Positions 1 to 9,610 of a stretch of DNA of 64,000 nt are shown in pieces. The position numbers were made by a program, and so were the translations under genes. The stretch's first letter is position 1, and each line of letters starts with the position of its first letter. The stretch is from Nitrospinaceae bacterium (GTDB taxonomy: Bacteria > Nitrospinota > Nitrospinia > Nitrospinales > Nitrospinaceae), in contig OZ250172.1 in the NCBI GenBank assembly GCA_965237905.1, positions 1-64,000 of the forward strand, in the 5' to 3' direction. Below the pieces are notes generated by a model. It had not been told where the DNA came from. It saw only the letters and a program-made list of their open reading frames with translations, and searched no databases.

Positions 1-2
1 GG

Positions 3-2183
3 GTTCGATTCGTAATAGTCTCTGGGACGGTATCCTGCCTCCCTTGTGTTTTCGACTTCCTCAGCCGTCAATCCGAAAATAAAAATATTCTCCTCACCGA
101 CCCGGTCCCTGATCTCGATATTAGCTCCGTCCAGCGTGCCAATGGTCAAGGCGCCGTTCAACGCCAGCTTCATATTGCCCGTTCCCGAAGCTTCGTGACC
201 GGCCGTCGATACCTGCTCCGACAGGTCCGCACCGGGAATGATCCACTCGGCTTTGGTAACATTGTAATTGGGAATGAAGAGTACTTTGAGTTTGTCCGAG
301 GTATCGGGATCGCCATTGACCTTATCCGCAATGCTGGTGATCAGTTTGATAACGAGCTTGGCCATCTCGTAACCGGGCGCCGCTTTACCGGCAAAGATCA
401 TGGTTCGAGGAATGCATTCCGTACAAGGACGTTCTTTCAGACGATTGTAAAGAGTCACCGCATGCAGTGCGCACAATAACTGACGTTTGTATTCATGGAT
501 GCGCTTGACCTGGACGTCGAACAAAGAATCCGGGTTCAGCTCAATGGAGAGTTCCTGTTGGACATGCCGTGCCAGACGTGCTTTGTTGTTTTGTTTGATT
601 TCCCGCCAGCGCCGGCGAAAATCATCATCTTTCACATAAGGCAGTAGTTGTCGGAGGGTATCCAGATGTGTGGTCCATTTTTCACCCACTGTTTCCGTAA
701 TGAGTTCCGCCAGTTCCGGGTTACAGGATTTCAACCAGAGCCGTTGCGTGATGCCGTTGGTGATGTTGTGAAACCGACCTGGCAACAGATCGTGGTAATC
801 CTTGAATACTTTGGTTTTTAAAATATGTGAATGGAGTTGGGCGACTCCGTTGACGGCATGACTTCCCACGATAGCGAGGTTGGACATGCGGATAGTCTTA
901 ACTGGCTTTTCCTCTACCAAGGACAACCGTTCGATGCGCTTTTCATCATTCGGGTATTTTTTCTGAGCCTGTTCTAGAAAGCGGTGGTTGATCTCATAAA
1001 TGATTTCAAGGTGCCGTGGAAGGACACGCTCCATCAATTCCACGCTCCATTTTTCGAGGGCTTCCGGAAGGACGGTATGATTGGTAAAGGCGAAGGTTTC
1101 CACCACGACCTCCCAGGCTTCTTCCCATGGGCGGCATTCCTCATCCACCAGTATGCGTATCAACTCCGGTATGGCGAGCGCCGGGTGGGCATCGTTCAGT
1201 TGGATGGCTACTTTACTGCTAAATTTTTCGTAAGTCGCGTGGGTTCGTTTGTATCGGCGAATGATGTCCTGCAGTGTCGCGGAGACGAAAAAATATTCCT
1301 GTTTTAAGCGCAGTTCCTTGCCCCACATGTTTTGATCGTTGGGATACAGCACCTTGGAAATGGTTTCCGATTCATGTTTCCGGCTGACCGCCTGAACATA
1401 ATCTCCTGCATTGAAGACTCCCAAATCGAACTCCCGTGTCGAGCGGGCTCCCCAGAGACGAAGGTTGTTGACCGTTTGATTGTGATAACCGGGGATGGGG
1501 ATATCGTAAGCCATGGCCATGACGTCGTCATGGGTATCCACCCATTCGGAGATAGGCTGGCCTTCATAGCCGGTTCCCTGCCGCGTGGTGCCGTAGAATT
1601 TAACCGGGTAGATGTAATCCGGGCGGGGAATTTCCCAGGGACTGCCTTTACGAAGCCAGTTATCCGCTGTTTCCACCTGAAAGCCGTTGACAATTTTCTG
1701 ATAGAAAATTCCATATTCGTAACGGATGCCGTAGCCATAAGCCGGCAAACCGAGGGTCGCCATGGAATCCAGATAACAGGCCGCCAGCCGGCCCAGACCG
1801 CCGTTGCCCAGTCCCGCTTCAATATCGTTTTCCTCCAAATCTTCCAGGCGAATGCCCAGATCTTTCACGGCGCGGTAAAAATCATTTTTGAAATCGAGAT
1901 TGACCAGGTAATTGCTTAGAGCCCGGCCCACCAGAAATTCCATGGAAAGATAGTAGATTCGTTTGGGATCTTTTTCATGATATTCATGCTGGGTGTTGAT
2001 CCAGCGTTCCACCAGGCGGTCCCGTACGGTCAACGCCACGCTGTTGTATTGATCCAGCGGGGTAGAGGTCTGCCAATTCTTGGCCTGTGAGTATTTCAAG
2101 TGGTTCCCGATGGATTCTTTCAAATCCTCCGAGCCGTTGCCGTGGAGGGGAGTGGGGGCGGATGATTGTGGTGATTCAAGCAT
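3..2183 (-). CDS. glgP: Glycogen/starch phosphorylase (partial; 3' end runs off the window)
   Basis: Manual minus-strand translation from ATG at 2183: MLESPQ...VRDRLVERW...YYLSMEFLVGR...GLGNGGLGRLAACYLDSMA...QLNDTHP...STAGHEASGTGNMKLALNGALTIGTLDGAN (PLP lysine motif). Missing from the ORF track because there is no stop in the window. Confidence 0.97.
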   Translation of the reverse strand, partial: MLESPQSSAPTPLHGNGSEDLKESIGNHLKYSQAKNWQTSTPLDQYNSVALTVRDRLVERWINTQHEYHEKDPKRIYYLSMEFLVGRALSNYLVNLDFKNDFYRAVKDLGIRLEDLEENDIEAGLGNGGLGRLAACYLDSMATLGLPAYGYGIRYEYGIFYQKIVNGFQVETADNWLRKGSPWEIPRPDYIYPVKFYGTTRQGTGYEGQPISEWVDTHDDVMAMAYDIPIPGYHNQTVNNLRLWGARSTREFDLGVFNAGDYVQAVSRKHESETISKVLYPNDQNMWGKELRLKQEYFFVSATLQDIIRRYKRTHATYEKFSSKVAIQLNDAHPALAIPELIRILVDEECRPWEEAWEVVVETFAFTNHTVLPEALEKWSVELMERVLPRHLEIIYEINHRFLEQAQKKYPNDEKRIERLSLVEEKPVKTIRMSNLAIVGSHAVNGVAQLHSHILKTKVFKDYHDLLPGRFHNITNGITQRLWLKSCNPELAELITETVGEKWTTHLDTLRQLLPYVKDDDFRRRWREIKQNNKARLARHVQQELSIELNPDSLFDVQVKRIHEYKRQLLCALHAVTLYNRLKERPCTECIPRTMIFAGKAAPGYEMAKLVIKLITSIADKVNGDPDTSDKLKVLFIPNYNVTKAEWIIPGADLSEQVSTAGHEASGTGNMKLALNGALTIGTLDGANIEIRDRVGEENIFIFGLTAEEVENTREAGYRPRDYYESN

Positions 2184-2278
2184 AAGGGTTAAGCAACTCG
2201 TTTAAAATTTTGCGGTTTCAATGGAATGAGTTTCCAAAATCTCTTACTATAGTTTATCGAGGAGGATAGCGATAAACA

Positions 2279-3646
2279 ATGGATTTATCTGAATTTAAAA
2301 CAGCTTTGGAGCTGTTGGGACTATCCGGTGAGGCGCAATCTGAATTTCTACACCTGTTCACCCGCTTCAAGCAATCCCGGATGAACCGCGTAGAGTGGGA
2401 TGCCATCCGGTCTCCCGATCCGTCCCGTCTGGTTTCTTATGAGACGTTGACCGCTCCCGACGATACACAGACCACCGATGTTTTGTCTCGTCTTGCCGTT
2501 TGTAGACTGAACGGAGGGCTGGGCACCAGTATGGGGTGCGCGGGACCGAAATCTTCGATTGTGGTCAAAAACGGACAATCCTTTCTGGATTTAATCCTCC
2601 TGCAGCTGGAGCATATCGGAAAAATCAGAAATGTAAATATTCCATTACTTTTGATGAACAGTTTTCATACTCATCAGGAGACCTTGAAATTATTGGAAGG
2701 CCGTAAAACCTCTTTTCCTATCGAATGCTTTCAGCAGAACCGGTTTCTCCGAATCGATAAAGATACAGATCAACCGCTTGATCCCAACCTGCTGGGCGAA
2801 GATGCCTGGTATCCCCCGGGTCACGGCGATATTTATTCATGTCTTAAAGATCAGGGGCTGATGGATCGGTTGTTAAGCGAGGGCAAGGAAATTTTGTTCG
2901 TTTCCAATGCCGATAACCTGGGTGCGGTGTCCGATTCCAGGATAGCCCACACTATGTTGGCAAACGACATCCCCTTTGTCATGGAAATGACGCCAAAGAC
3001 TCCCGCTGATATCAAAGGAGGAACACTGTACGAGGATTCGGAGGGCAAACTGCATCTCCTGGAACTGGCCCAGGTGCCGCAAAGACATGTGGATGAATTT
3101 TGCAGTACCCGAAAATTTACGGTGTTCAACACCAATAATATATGGATCCATTTGCGGCATCTTAAAAAGCGGATGGAGCAGGGACCGATGGACCTCAACC
3201 TGATCGTTAATGAGAAACAAGTGGCGGGTCGTCCGGTCATCCAACTGGAAACCGCTATTGGCGCGGGTCTGGAAAGTTTTGATGGGGCCAAAGGATTGGT
3301 GGTCGGAAGGGACCGTTTTCTTCCGGTCAAGAATACCAGTGATCTGATGCTGATCCAATCCGGTTTGTTTGTTTTCGAAGGCGGCCGGATGATCCGTAAT
3401 CCTACCTGCAATCAGAAAACATTACCCCTGATTAACTGGAAAGTGCCTTTCACGGACTTGGAGGAATTCCAGAAGAGGATTCCCGTTATTCCCGATATGC
3501 GGGAACTGGAATTTCTGGAGATGGAAGGCGATGTCTACTTCGAAGGGGAGGCTTCACTCAAAGGCCGCGTGACTCTTATCGGAAACGATAAGCCGATCCG
3601 TATTGCTCCGGGAACCTGCCTGGAAAATTGTCAAATGATCCAATAA
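2279..3646 (+). CDS. UTP--glucose-1-phosphate uridylyltransferase, eukaryote-type UDPGP family
   Basis: LNGGLGTSMGC.GPKS, LLLMNSFHT, WYPPGHGD, SNADNLGA, KGGTL, FNTNNIW, QLETAIG and RFLPVK motifs of eukaryotic-type UGPase; not GalU-like. Confidence 0.93.
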   Translation: MDLSEFKTALELLGLSGEAQSEFLHLFTRFKQSRMNRVEWDAIRSPDPSRLVSYETLTAPDDTQTTDVLSRLAVCRLNGGLGTSMGCAGPKSSIVVKNGQSFLDLILLQLEHIGKIRNVNIPLLLMNSFHTHQETLKLLEGRKTSFPIECFQQNRFLRIDKDTDQPLDPNLLGEDAWYPPGHGDIYSCLKDQGLMDRLLSEGKEILFVSNADNLGAVSDSRIAHTMLANDIPFVMEMTPKTPADIKGGTLYEDSEGKLHLLELAQVPQRHVDEFCSTRKFTVFNTNNIWIHLRHLKKRMEQGPMDLNLIVNEKQVAGRPVIQLETAIGAGLESFDGAKGLVVGRDRFLPVKNTSDLMLIQSGLFVFEGGRMIRNPTCNQKTLPLINWKVPFTDLEEFQKRIPVIPDMRELEFLEMEGDVYFEGEASLKGRVTLIGNDKPIRIAPGTCLENCQMIQ

Positions 3647-3653
3647 ATAAAGG

Positions 3654-4373
3654 TCAGTTGGAAGGGGAGGCTTCTTCTGCCAACAGCTTCCGCTTTTTCT
3701 GCCTGGAGCGAAGGCGAAAATACGCGGTGATAAGACCCATAATGATGAGAATCAGCAAGGCTGTACGGAATTTGGCGGAGCCAATTTCCAAAAGTGTGCT
3801 CCCGAAAAACCCGTAAGCAAATGCCCGCGGCGTTATTCCCAGAATATGGGCCACGATATAATTCTTGAATTTCATTGTGGAAAGGCCGGCACCGTAATTG
3901 ATCACAGTAACAGGCATGATGGGGAGCAGGCTGAGCAGAAAGACCACCGAGAAACTGAATTGGGTGTTGTCTATCAGGTGGGCACCTAATTTGAGTTTTT
4001 TCATGACGTAATCGTGGCCCATTTTGCGGGAAAACCAGAAGCCCACCGTTCCTCCCAGCGCGGCCCCTAATGAGGCACAGGAGGGGCCCAGAATCGGTCC
4101 GAAGGCGAGACCCCCTCCTATGAACAACGCGATGGATGGAATCAGGAACAGAGGCCGGACGATAAATATTCCGACATAAATGATGGGGCCCAGAATGCCC
4201 AGGGAAAGCACAAAGACCTTAAAGGATTCGGGAGTCAGATGAAAACCCTTACGCGTAAAATAGGCCCCGAGAGCCAAACCTATAAGGACCAATGCAATAA
4301 ATCTGAAAAACTTTTTTCTGGCCTTTGAGTGCGAAGAGGCATTCTCTGGAACGGAGGTTTGGTTGTTGTTCAT
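3654..4373 (-). CDS. TVP38/TMEM64 (DedA/VTT) family membrane protein
   Basis: Multiple TM segments; P...LFIGGGLAFG and P..VINYGAGLS motifs. Start placed at ATG 4373. Confidence 0.85.
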   Translation of the reverse strand: MNNNQTSVPENASSHSKARKKFFRFIALVLIGLALGAYFTRKGFHLTPESFKVFVLSLGILGPIIYVGIFIVRPLFLIPSIALFIGGGLAFGPILGPSCASLGAALGGTVGFWFSRKMGHDYVMKKLKLGAHLIDNTQFSFSVVFLLSLLPIMPVTVINYGAGLSTMKFKNYIVAHILGITPRAFAYGFFGSTLLEIGSAKFRTALLILIIMGLITAYFRLRSRQKKRKLLAEEASPSN

Positions 4374-4523
4374 AATCGTCAAGGTGATGTGTGCGTGATG
4401 TATAGGGGAAACTACAGCGTTTTAGAATAAATTCAGTATAAGTTATCGATTCTTAAATAAAAACCTGTATTTATCCATGAGAATCCCCTAACTTTAATTA
4501 AATCAATGACTTCTTTGAAGTGC

Positions 4524-4622
4524 AGTATAGGAAATCCGCCGTCCTGAGTATAGGAAAATACTACCCTTTTTATAGGAAAAATCCTAAAAAATAGTTGACT
4601 TGTCTTCCGCCATAAGTATACT
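4524..4622 (+). promoter_or_regulatory. Three TATAGGAAA boxes followed by a sigma70 promoter (TTGACT-16-TATACT)
   Basis: TATAGGAAA at 4526, 4549 and 4571; -35 at 4595-4600; -10 at 4617-4622. Confidence 0.6.
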
Positions 4623-4854
4623 GGCGGCCAAAAGGAATAGATTTGGAATATCGGTTATTACAGGCTTTCCAATGAGTTCCGGCTGGGTTTCGCCGCTATC
4701 TGGAATTTTACCGGTTGGATTAACGATTTGAATATAAGTGTTCGAGTTTGATGTTGTTTTATGTTCTTGGCTTTTAAATGGGTACGAAGGGCCATTGAAC
4801 CAAAATTTTAGGGGAGTTTAAATTTTTAACAATTTTGGGTAACGGAGGAAAACT

Positions 4855-5277
4855 ATGAGAAAGTTAATGCTCTTTACAATCGTTAGTATTGTTGCTCTCT
4901 GTTTTGCCGCTTCCGTCTCTGCTAAGACTTTGAAGCCGGGTCAGAAGATATCATGCAACAACGCTAGCAAAATCACTTTGGAAGCATCGGGGAAATCTGC
5001 CAAGGGTGATCGCAGTAATGCCAATGCTGTGATCTGGAAATCTTCCAATGCGACGACCATTCCCATTTCTTTGGGACCGGCAGAGCATCAGTATTTTAAA
5101 AGTGGCGCAGCGGGTGCCAAGAAAACAGGTATTCGCAATATGCACAGCATGGGCCGCAAAAAAGTTGTATTGATGCGCCAAAACAATTTCAGCCGTGGGG
5201 ATTCCATAGGGGATATCAGCGGTGAAGTTCGCATCACCAACGTGGGCACGGTTAATATGAACGTATCCTGCGGTTAA
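4855..5277 (+). CDS. Hypothetical secreted basic protein
   Basis: GGAGG RBS; Sec-type signal peptide ending ASVSA; followed by a terminator; no family recognised. Confidence 0.8.
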   Translation: MRKLMLFTIVSIVALCFAASVSAKTLKPGQKISCNNASKITLEASGKSAKGDRSNANAVIWKSSNATTIPISLGPAEHQYFKSGAAGAKKTGIRNMHSMGRKKVVLMRQNNFSRGDSIGDISGEVRITNVGTVNMNVSCG

Positions 5278-5294
5278 TTCTTTTTCGCGTTATT

Positions 5295-5329
5295 AAAACC
5301 GGTCTGCGGCAACGCAGGCCGGTTTTTTT
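5295..5329. terminator. Intrinsic terminator, probably bidirectional
   Basis: AAAACCGGTCTGCG-GCAA-CGCAGGCCGGTTTTTTT between convergent genes. Confidence 0.85.
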
Positions 5330-6140
5330 ATTGCCCCAGGTAAACGAAAATAAATCCCGCCAGCAACACCCGGTAAATGATAAAGGGCAGCAAACCCACC
5401 CGCGAAACAATCGCCAGCAACCATTTAATCGATAAATAGCCCACAATGAAGGCCACCAGGAAACCCATGAAAAACTGGAAGGGAGTGAACAGGAATTCGT
5501 GGCCAGCATCGCCCAATACGGATGCGGTCTTGTGGAGACCGGCCGCCAGTATGATCGGGGTGCCGAGGAGAAATGAAAACCGGGCCGCCGCCGGTTGCGA
5601 CAGGCGGCTGAACAATCCTGCGGTAATGGTAATGCCCGAACGGGAGGTTCCGGGAAGCAGGGCAATGGCCTGGGCAAACCCGATAAACAGAACCTTGCGC
5701 CATCCCAGTTGAATCAACTCATCCGTCTCAGCCTCTTTTTTGGTGGAGATTCGGTCCGCCACTAAAAAGACGAACGACCAAAACATCAGGTTACCCGCCA
5801 CAAAAGTGGCATCGCGGAGGTTGGATTCTATCCAGTCCCCCAGAAACAAACCCGCCAACCCTGCCGGAAAACTGGCCGCGACAATGCTCCAAGCCAAAGG
5901 TCTGTAAGGATCACCTTTCTTGTTGGTCAATAAACTTATTAGCAATTTGGAAAGGTCTCTGCGAAAATAAATAATAATCGCTAATACGGTCGCCAGGTGA
6001 AGAATCGCATCCATGGCCAGTCCTTGGTCCTCAAGACCCAATAAATGGGGCACGAGGATAAGGTGTCCTGAGCTGGAGACGGGAAGGAATTCGGTTAGTC
6101 CCTGGATAAGACCCAGAAGGATGGCCTGAAGAAGTTCCAT
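5328..6140 (-). CDS. uppP: Undecaprenyl-diphosphate phosphatase
   Basis: QGLTEFLPVSSSGHL, PGTSRSG and AARFSFLL motifs. Start corrected to ATG 6140 (MELLQAILLG). Confidence 0.95.
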   Translation of the reverse strand: MELLQAILLGLIQGLTEFLPVSSSGHLILVPHLLGLEDQGLAMDAILHLATVLAIIIYFRRDLSKLLISLLTNKKGDPYRPLAWSIVAASFPAGLAGLFLGDWIESNLRDATFVAGNLMFWSFVFLVADRISTKKEAETDELIQLGWRKVLFIGFAQAIALLPGTSRSGITITAGLFSRLSQPAAARFSFLLGTPIILAAGLHKTASVLGDAGHEFLFTPFQFFMGFLVAFIVGYLSIKWLLAIVSRVGLLPFIIYRVLLAGFIFVYLGQ

Positions 6141-6150
6141 AGTTGATATT

Positions 6151-6939
6151 ATGAGTTCATCGAAACAGAGAAAAAAATGGAAAGTGATCGCGCTGGTTTG
6201 TGCCGCGTTCGGGCTGATGGCCATTCACAACCAGCAATTGGCTGTGAGCGATCCCGAGAACACCTACTTTAACAAAATTGACCGAACAATTCGCCTATTA
6301 TTGAACCCAGGGGAAGATGAGCTGGAACAACATTTGATCGGGAAAAACATATCCTGCGACCACAGTAAGGACCTTTATAAAAAAGTGGCCGCGGCAACGG
6401 TCATCCTTTTTGTGGATAAAGGTCTCGGGGCAGGGGTTTTTATTGGACCGAGACTGATCGCTACCGCCAACCACGTTGTCGATGGCAAGCGGATTATTCT
6501 GGTCTTGCCCAGTATTCAGGACGATGGGTTAGCTCAGCCGGGATTGGTTTTCCAAGTCGAATCCATTGACCGGGCCAAGAAATTGGATCTCGCTTTTATT
6601 ACAACCAAGGAGGAGTATTCCCATTGGCTTCCTCTGCAAACCGGGAATACAAGTGATAAGGAACTGATGGTGGTGGGCCACCCCAACCGGGAATTTTATT
6701 CGCTTCAAAAAGCCCGGATCAAAAATAAAGAGAAGATGCGCTCTTCCGATTATATTTACTTCAAGGACAATGAAATATTCTTCGGCAATTCCGGGGGCGC
6801 TATTGTCGAATGCGGAGGAAAACTGGTCGGTATTGTCAGCATGATGTCCAATTACCGAAACAGCCAGTTCAAACAAGGTATCGGGATCAATGCCAAAGCG
6901 ATCTCCGGTTTTGTCGATAAAATGAAACGGGCCAGTTGA
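6151..6939 (+). CDS. Trypsin-like (S1) serine protease with N-terminal membrane anchor or signal
   Basis: Catalytic triad motifs ATANHVV, DLA and GNSGG. Confidence 0.85.
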   Translation: MSSSKQRKKWKVIALVCAAFGLMAIHNQQLAVSDPENTYFNKIDRTIRLLLNPGEDELEQHLIGKNISCDHSKDLYKKVAAATVILFVDKGLGAGVFIGPRLIATANHVVDGKRIILVLPSIQDDGLAQPGLVFQVESIDRAKKLDLAFITTKEEYSHWLPLQTGNTSDKELMVVGHPNREFYSLQKARIKNKEKMRSSDYIYFKDNEIFFGNSGGAIVECGGKLVGIVSMMSNYRNSQFKQGIGINAKAISGFVDKMKRAS

Positions 6940-7119
6940 GTCGATCCTTTCTCCACACTCCAGATTTATAAATTTGCTGGCGATTCCTATTTATGCTATG
7001 TTGACTGGTTTTGGTGGAAAGCACTATATTTAAAGGAGTTTAGTCGTTTCGCCCGAAATTATTTAGAGCTCTTTGAATGAAAAGAGCCTAGACATGAGTT
7101 CAAGAATCAGAGGTTTTTC

Positions 7120-8286
7120 ATGAGAGAGTTTTCCAGAATAACTCGTTTGCCTCCCTACGTATTTGACATCGTAGGCCAACTAAAATTACAGGCCCGACGA
7201 CGGGGAGAAGACATTGTTGACTTTGGAATGGGCAATCCTGATTTGCCGACCCCAAAGCATATCGTCGACAAATTATGCGAGGCGGCCACAAAGGGGCCCA
7301 ATCACCGGTATTCCCAATCGAAAGGAATTCCCAAGCTCCGGTTAGCGATCACCGACTGGTATCGGAGAAATTTTCAGGTGGAACTGGACCCCGAGACCGA
7401 AGCCATCGCCACTATCGGATCCAAGGAAGGGATTTCTCATCTGGCCTTGGCCATTACCACTCCGGGTGATTCCGTTCTGGTGCCGACGCCTACTTATCCC
7501 ATTCATACCTACGCTTTTATTTTGTCGAATGGGGATGTGATCGGTGTTCCCATGCAAAAGGGCACCGATTTTTTCGAGGCTCTGCTTCAGGCGTACAAAC
7601 AAAACTGGCCCCGACCCAAAGCGCTGATCATAAATTTTCCGCACAATCCGACCACTCAGGTGGTGGATATGGAGTTTTTTGAAAAGGTAGTGGCCTTCGC
7701 TCAAGAGCATGAGCTGATCGTGATCCATGATTTTGCCTATGCCGACCTGGTGTTTGACGGCTACCGGGCTCCCAGTATGCTTCAGGTCAAGGGCGCCAAG
7801 GAAGTCGGGGTGGAGTGTTTCACTCTGTCTAAAAGTTACAATATGCCCGGATGGCGGGTCGGATTTATGGTGGGAAATCGTGATATTATTCACGCGCTGG
7901 CCCGGATGAAGAGTTATCAGGACTACGGGATGTTTCAACCCATCCAAATTGCGGCCATCATCGCCTTGAACGGTCCGCGGGATTGCGTGGAAGAAATTTG
8001 CGCGACCTATAAAAAACGGCGGGATGTTTTGTGCGAAGGATTGAATCGGATTGGCTGGAACGTGGACGTTCCAAAAGCCACCATGTTTGTGTGGGCCGAA
8101 ATACCAGATCAGTTCAAATCCATGGGATCGCTGGAGTTCTCAAAACTCCTTATCGATAAGGCGAAGGTTGCAGTTTCTCCCGGTATCGGGTTCGGGGAAG
8201 GCGGCGATCACTTTGTCCGCATTTCTCTCATCGAAAATGAACACCGGATTCGCCAGGCGATTCAGGGTATCCGGGAAATTTTTTAA
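7120..8286 (+). CDS. alaC: Class I PLP aminotransferase, AlaC-like
   Basis: [47 protein letters not shown]. Confidence 0.85.
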   Translation: MREFSRITRLPPYVFDIVGQLKLQARRRGEDIVDFGMGNPDLPTPKHIVDKLCEAATKGPNHRYSQSKGIPKLRLAITDWYRRNFQVELDPETEAIATIGSKEGISHLALAITTPGDSVLVPTPTYPIHTYAFILSNGDVIGVPMQKGTDFFEALLQAYKQNWPRPKALIINFPHNPTTQVVDMEFFEKVVAFAQEHELIVIHDFAYADLVFDGYRAPSMLQVKGAKEVGVECFTLSKSYNMPGWRVGFMVGNRDIIHALARMKSYQDYGMFQPIQIAAIIALNGPRDCVEEICATYKKRRDVLCEGLNRIGWNVDVPKATMFVWAEIPDQFKSMGSLEFSKLLIDKAKVAVSPGIGFGEGGDHFVRISLIENEHRIRQAIQGIREIF

Positions 8287-8303
8287 TTCCACAAATTTAA
8301 ATA

Positions 8304-9608
8304 ATGAAATCGATTAAAGTAGGCCTGATCGGGTTCGGCACTATCGGTTCCGGGGTGGTCAGAATCCTTCAGGACAATCAGAATATAATTAAAGACCGGC
8401 TGGGGGCGTCTGTCGACGTGATCAAAATTGCCGATCTCGATATCACCACCGATCGGGGAGTGAAGGTCGAGTCCGGAGTTCTGACAACGAATGTCGATGA
8501 GGTGTTGGACCACCCGGATATTGATGTCGTGGTCGAACTGATGGGCGGGTATGACCCGGCACGTTCTTTTATTCTGAAAGCGATCAAAAATAAAAAACAT
8601 GTCGTCACCGCCAATAAGGCCCTGTTGGCCAAGCATGGCGAAGAGGTGTTTTCCGCCGCCGAGAAAAACAATGTGGGCATTGGTTTCGAAGCTTCCGTGG
8701 GCGGAGCCATTCCCATTATCCGTTCCATCAAAGAGGCGTTTGTTGCCAATCGCATTCAGGCGATCGAAGGCATCATGAATGGCACCGCCAATTATATTCT
8801 GAGTAAAATGTCAGATGGCGACCATGATTTCGACACTGTATTAAAAGAGGCGCAGGATAAAGGATACGCAGAAGCTGATCCGACTTTTGATATCGAAGGT
8901 ATTGACTCCGCTCACAAGATTGCAGTATTGACCCGGTTGGCGTATGGCACCCCGGTCAATTTCGATGATATTTATGTGCAGGGAATTTCCAATATTTCCA
9001 CACTCGATATCAAATGCGCCCACGAGTTTGGCTACCGCATCAAACTGTTGGCGATCTCCAAGTTTGACGGGAAGGCCATCGATGTCCGCGTTCATCCGGC
9101 GATGATTCCGGAGAGCAAACCGATGGCCAACGTCAATGGTGTTTTGAACGCGATCATGGTCTGTGATGATTTGATGGAGGAAAACATCCTGGTGGGACAT
9201 GGCGCGGGATCGTTGCCGACCGGAAGCGCGGTGGTGGCGGATGTTGTCGAAATTGCCCGGAATTTGATTTCGGGCGCACAGGACCGTGTGCCTCCCCAGT
9301 CCTTTCAAAAATCCAGTGTTCAGAGTATTCCTCTGAAAGATATGTCGGAGATTGAAGGCGAGTATTTTCTGCGGTTCTGGGTATTGGATAAACCCGGCGT
9401 GCTGTCCCACATTTCCGGTATTCTTGGAAACCATGACATCAGCATTGAGTCCGTGATCCAAAGGATCAAGGACGATAATGGTCATGGCGTGCCGCTGGTG
9501 ATGATGACCCATGATGCCACGGAAAAAAATATTCAAGCGGCGTTGAAAGAAATTAACGCTATGAAAGAAGTGTCTGAAGAAACTGTTTTAATCCGGGTGG
9601 AAAAATAG
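8304..9608 (+). CDS. hom: Homoserine dehydrogenase with C-terminal ACT domain
   Basis: [39 protein letters not shown]. Confidence 0.96.
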   Translation: MKSIKVGLIGFGTIGSGVVRILQDNQNIIKDRLGASVDVIKIADLDITTDRGVKVESGVLTTNVDEVLDHPDIDVVVELMGGYDPARSFILKAIKNKKHVVTANKALLAKHGEEVFSAAEKNNVGIGFEASVGGAIPIIRSIKEAFVANRIQAIEGIMNGTANYILSKMSDGDHDFDTVLKEAQDKGYAEADPTFDIEGIDSAHKIAVLTRLAYGTPVNFDDIYVQGISNISTLDIKCAHEFGYRIKLLAISKFDGKAIDVRVHPAMIPESKPMANVNGVLNAIMVCDDLMEENILVGHGAGSLPTGSAVVADVVEIARNLISGAQDRVPPQSFQKSSVQSIPLKDMSEIEGEYFLRFWVLDKPGVLSHISGILGNHDISIESVIQRIKDDNGHGVPLVMMTHDATEKNIQAALKEINAMKEVSEETVLIRVEK

Positions 9609-9610
9609 CG

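Noticed and set aside
195..1919. Several ORFs in the track (195-479, 984-1307, 1304-1822, 1332-1919)
   Set aside because: Antisense or off-frame shadows of the minus-strand glgP that the track missed.
4526..4586. CRISPR- or iteron-like interpretation of the TATAGGAAA repeats
   Set aside because: Units are too short and too few, with no cas or rep genes; operator-like instead.
6141..6224. Longer uppP start overlapping the protease gene
   Set aside because: The family-typical N-terminus begins at ATG 6140; the extension is antisense to the protease.
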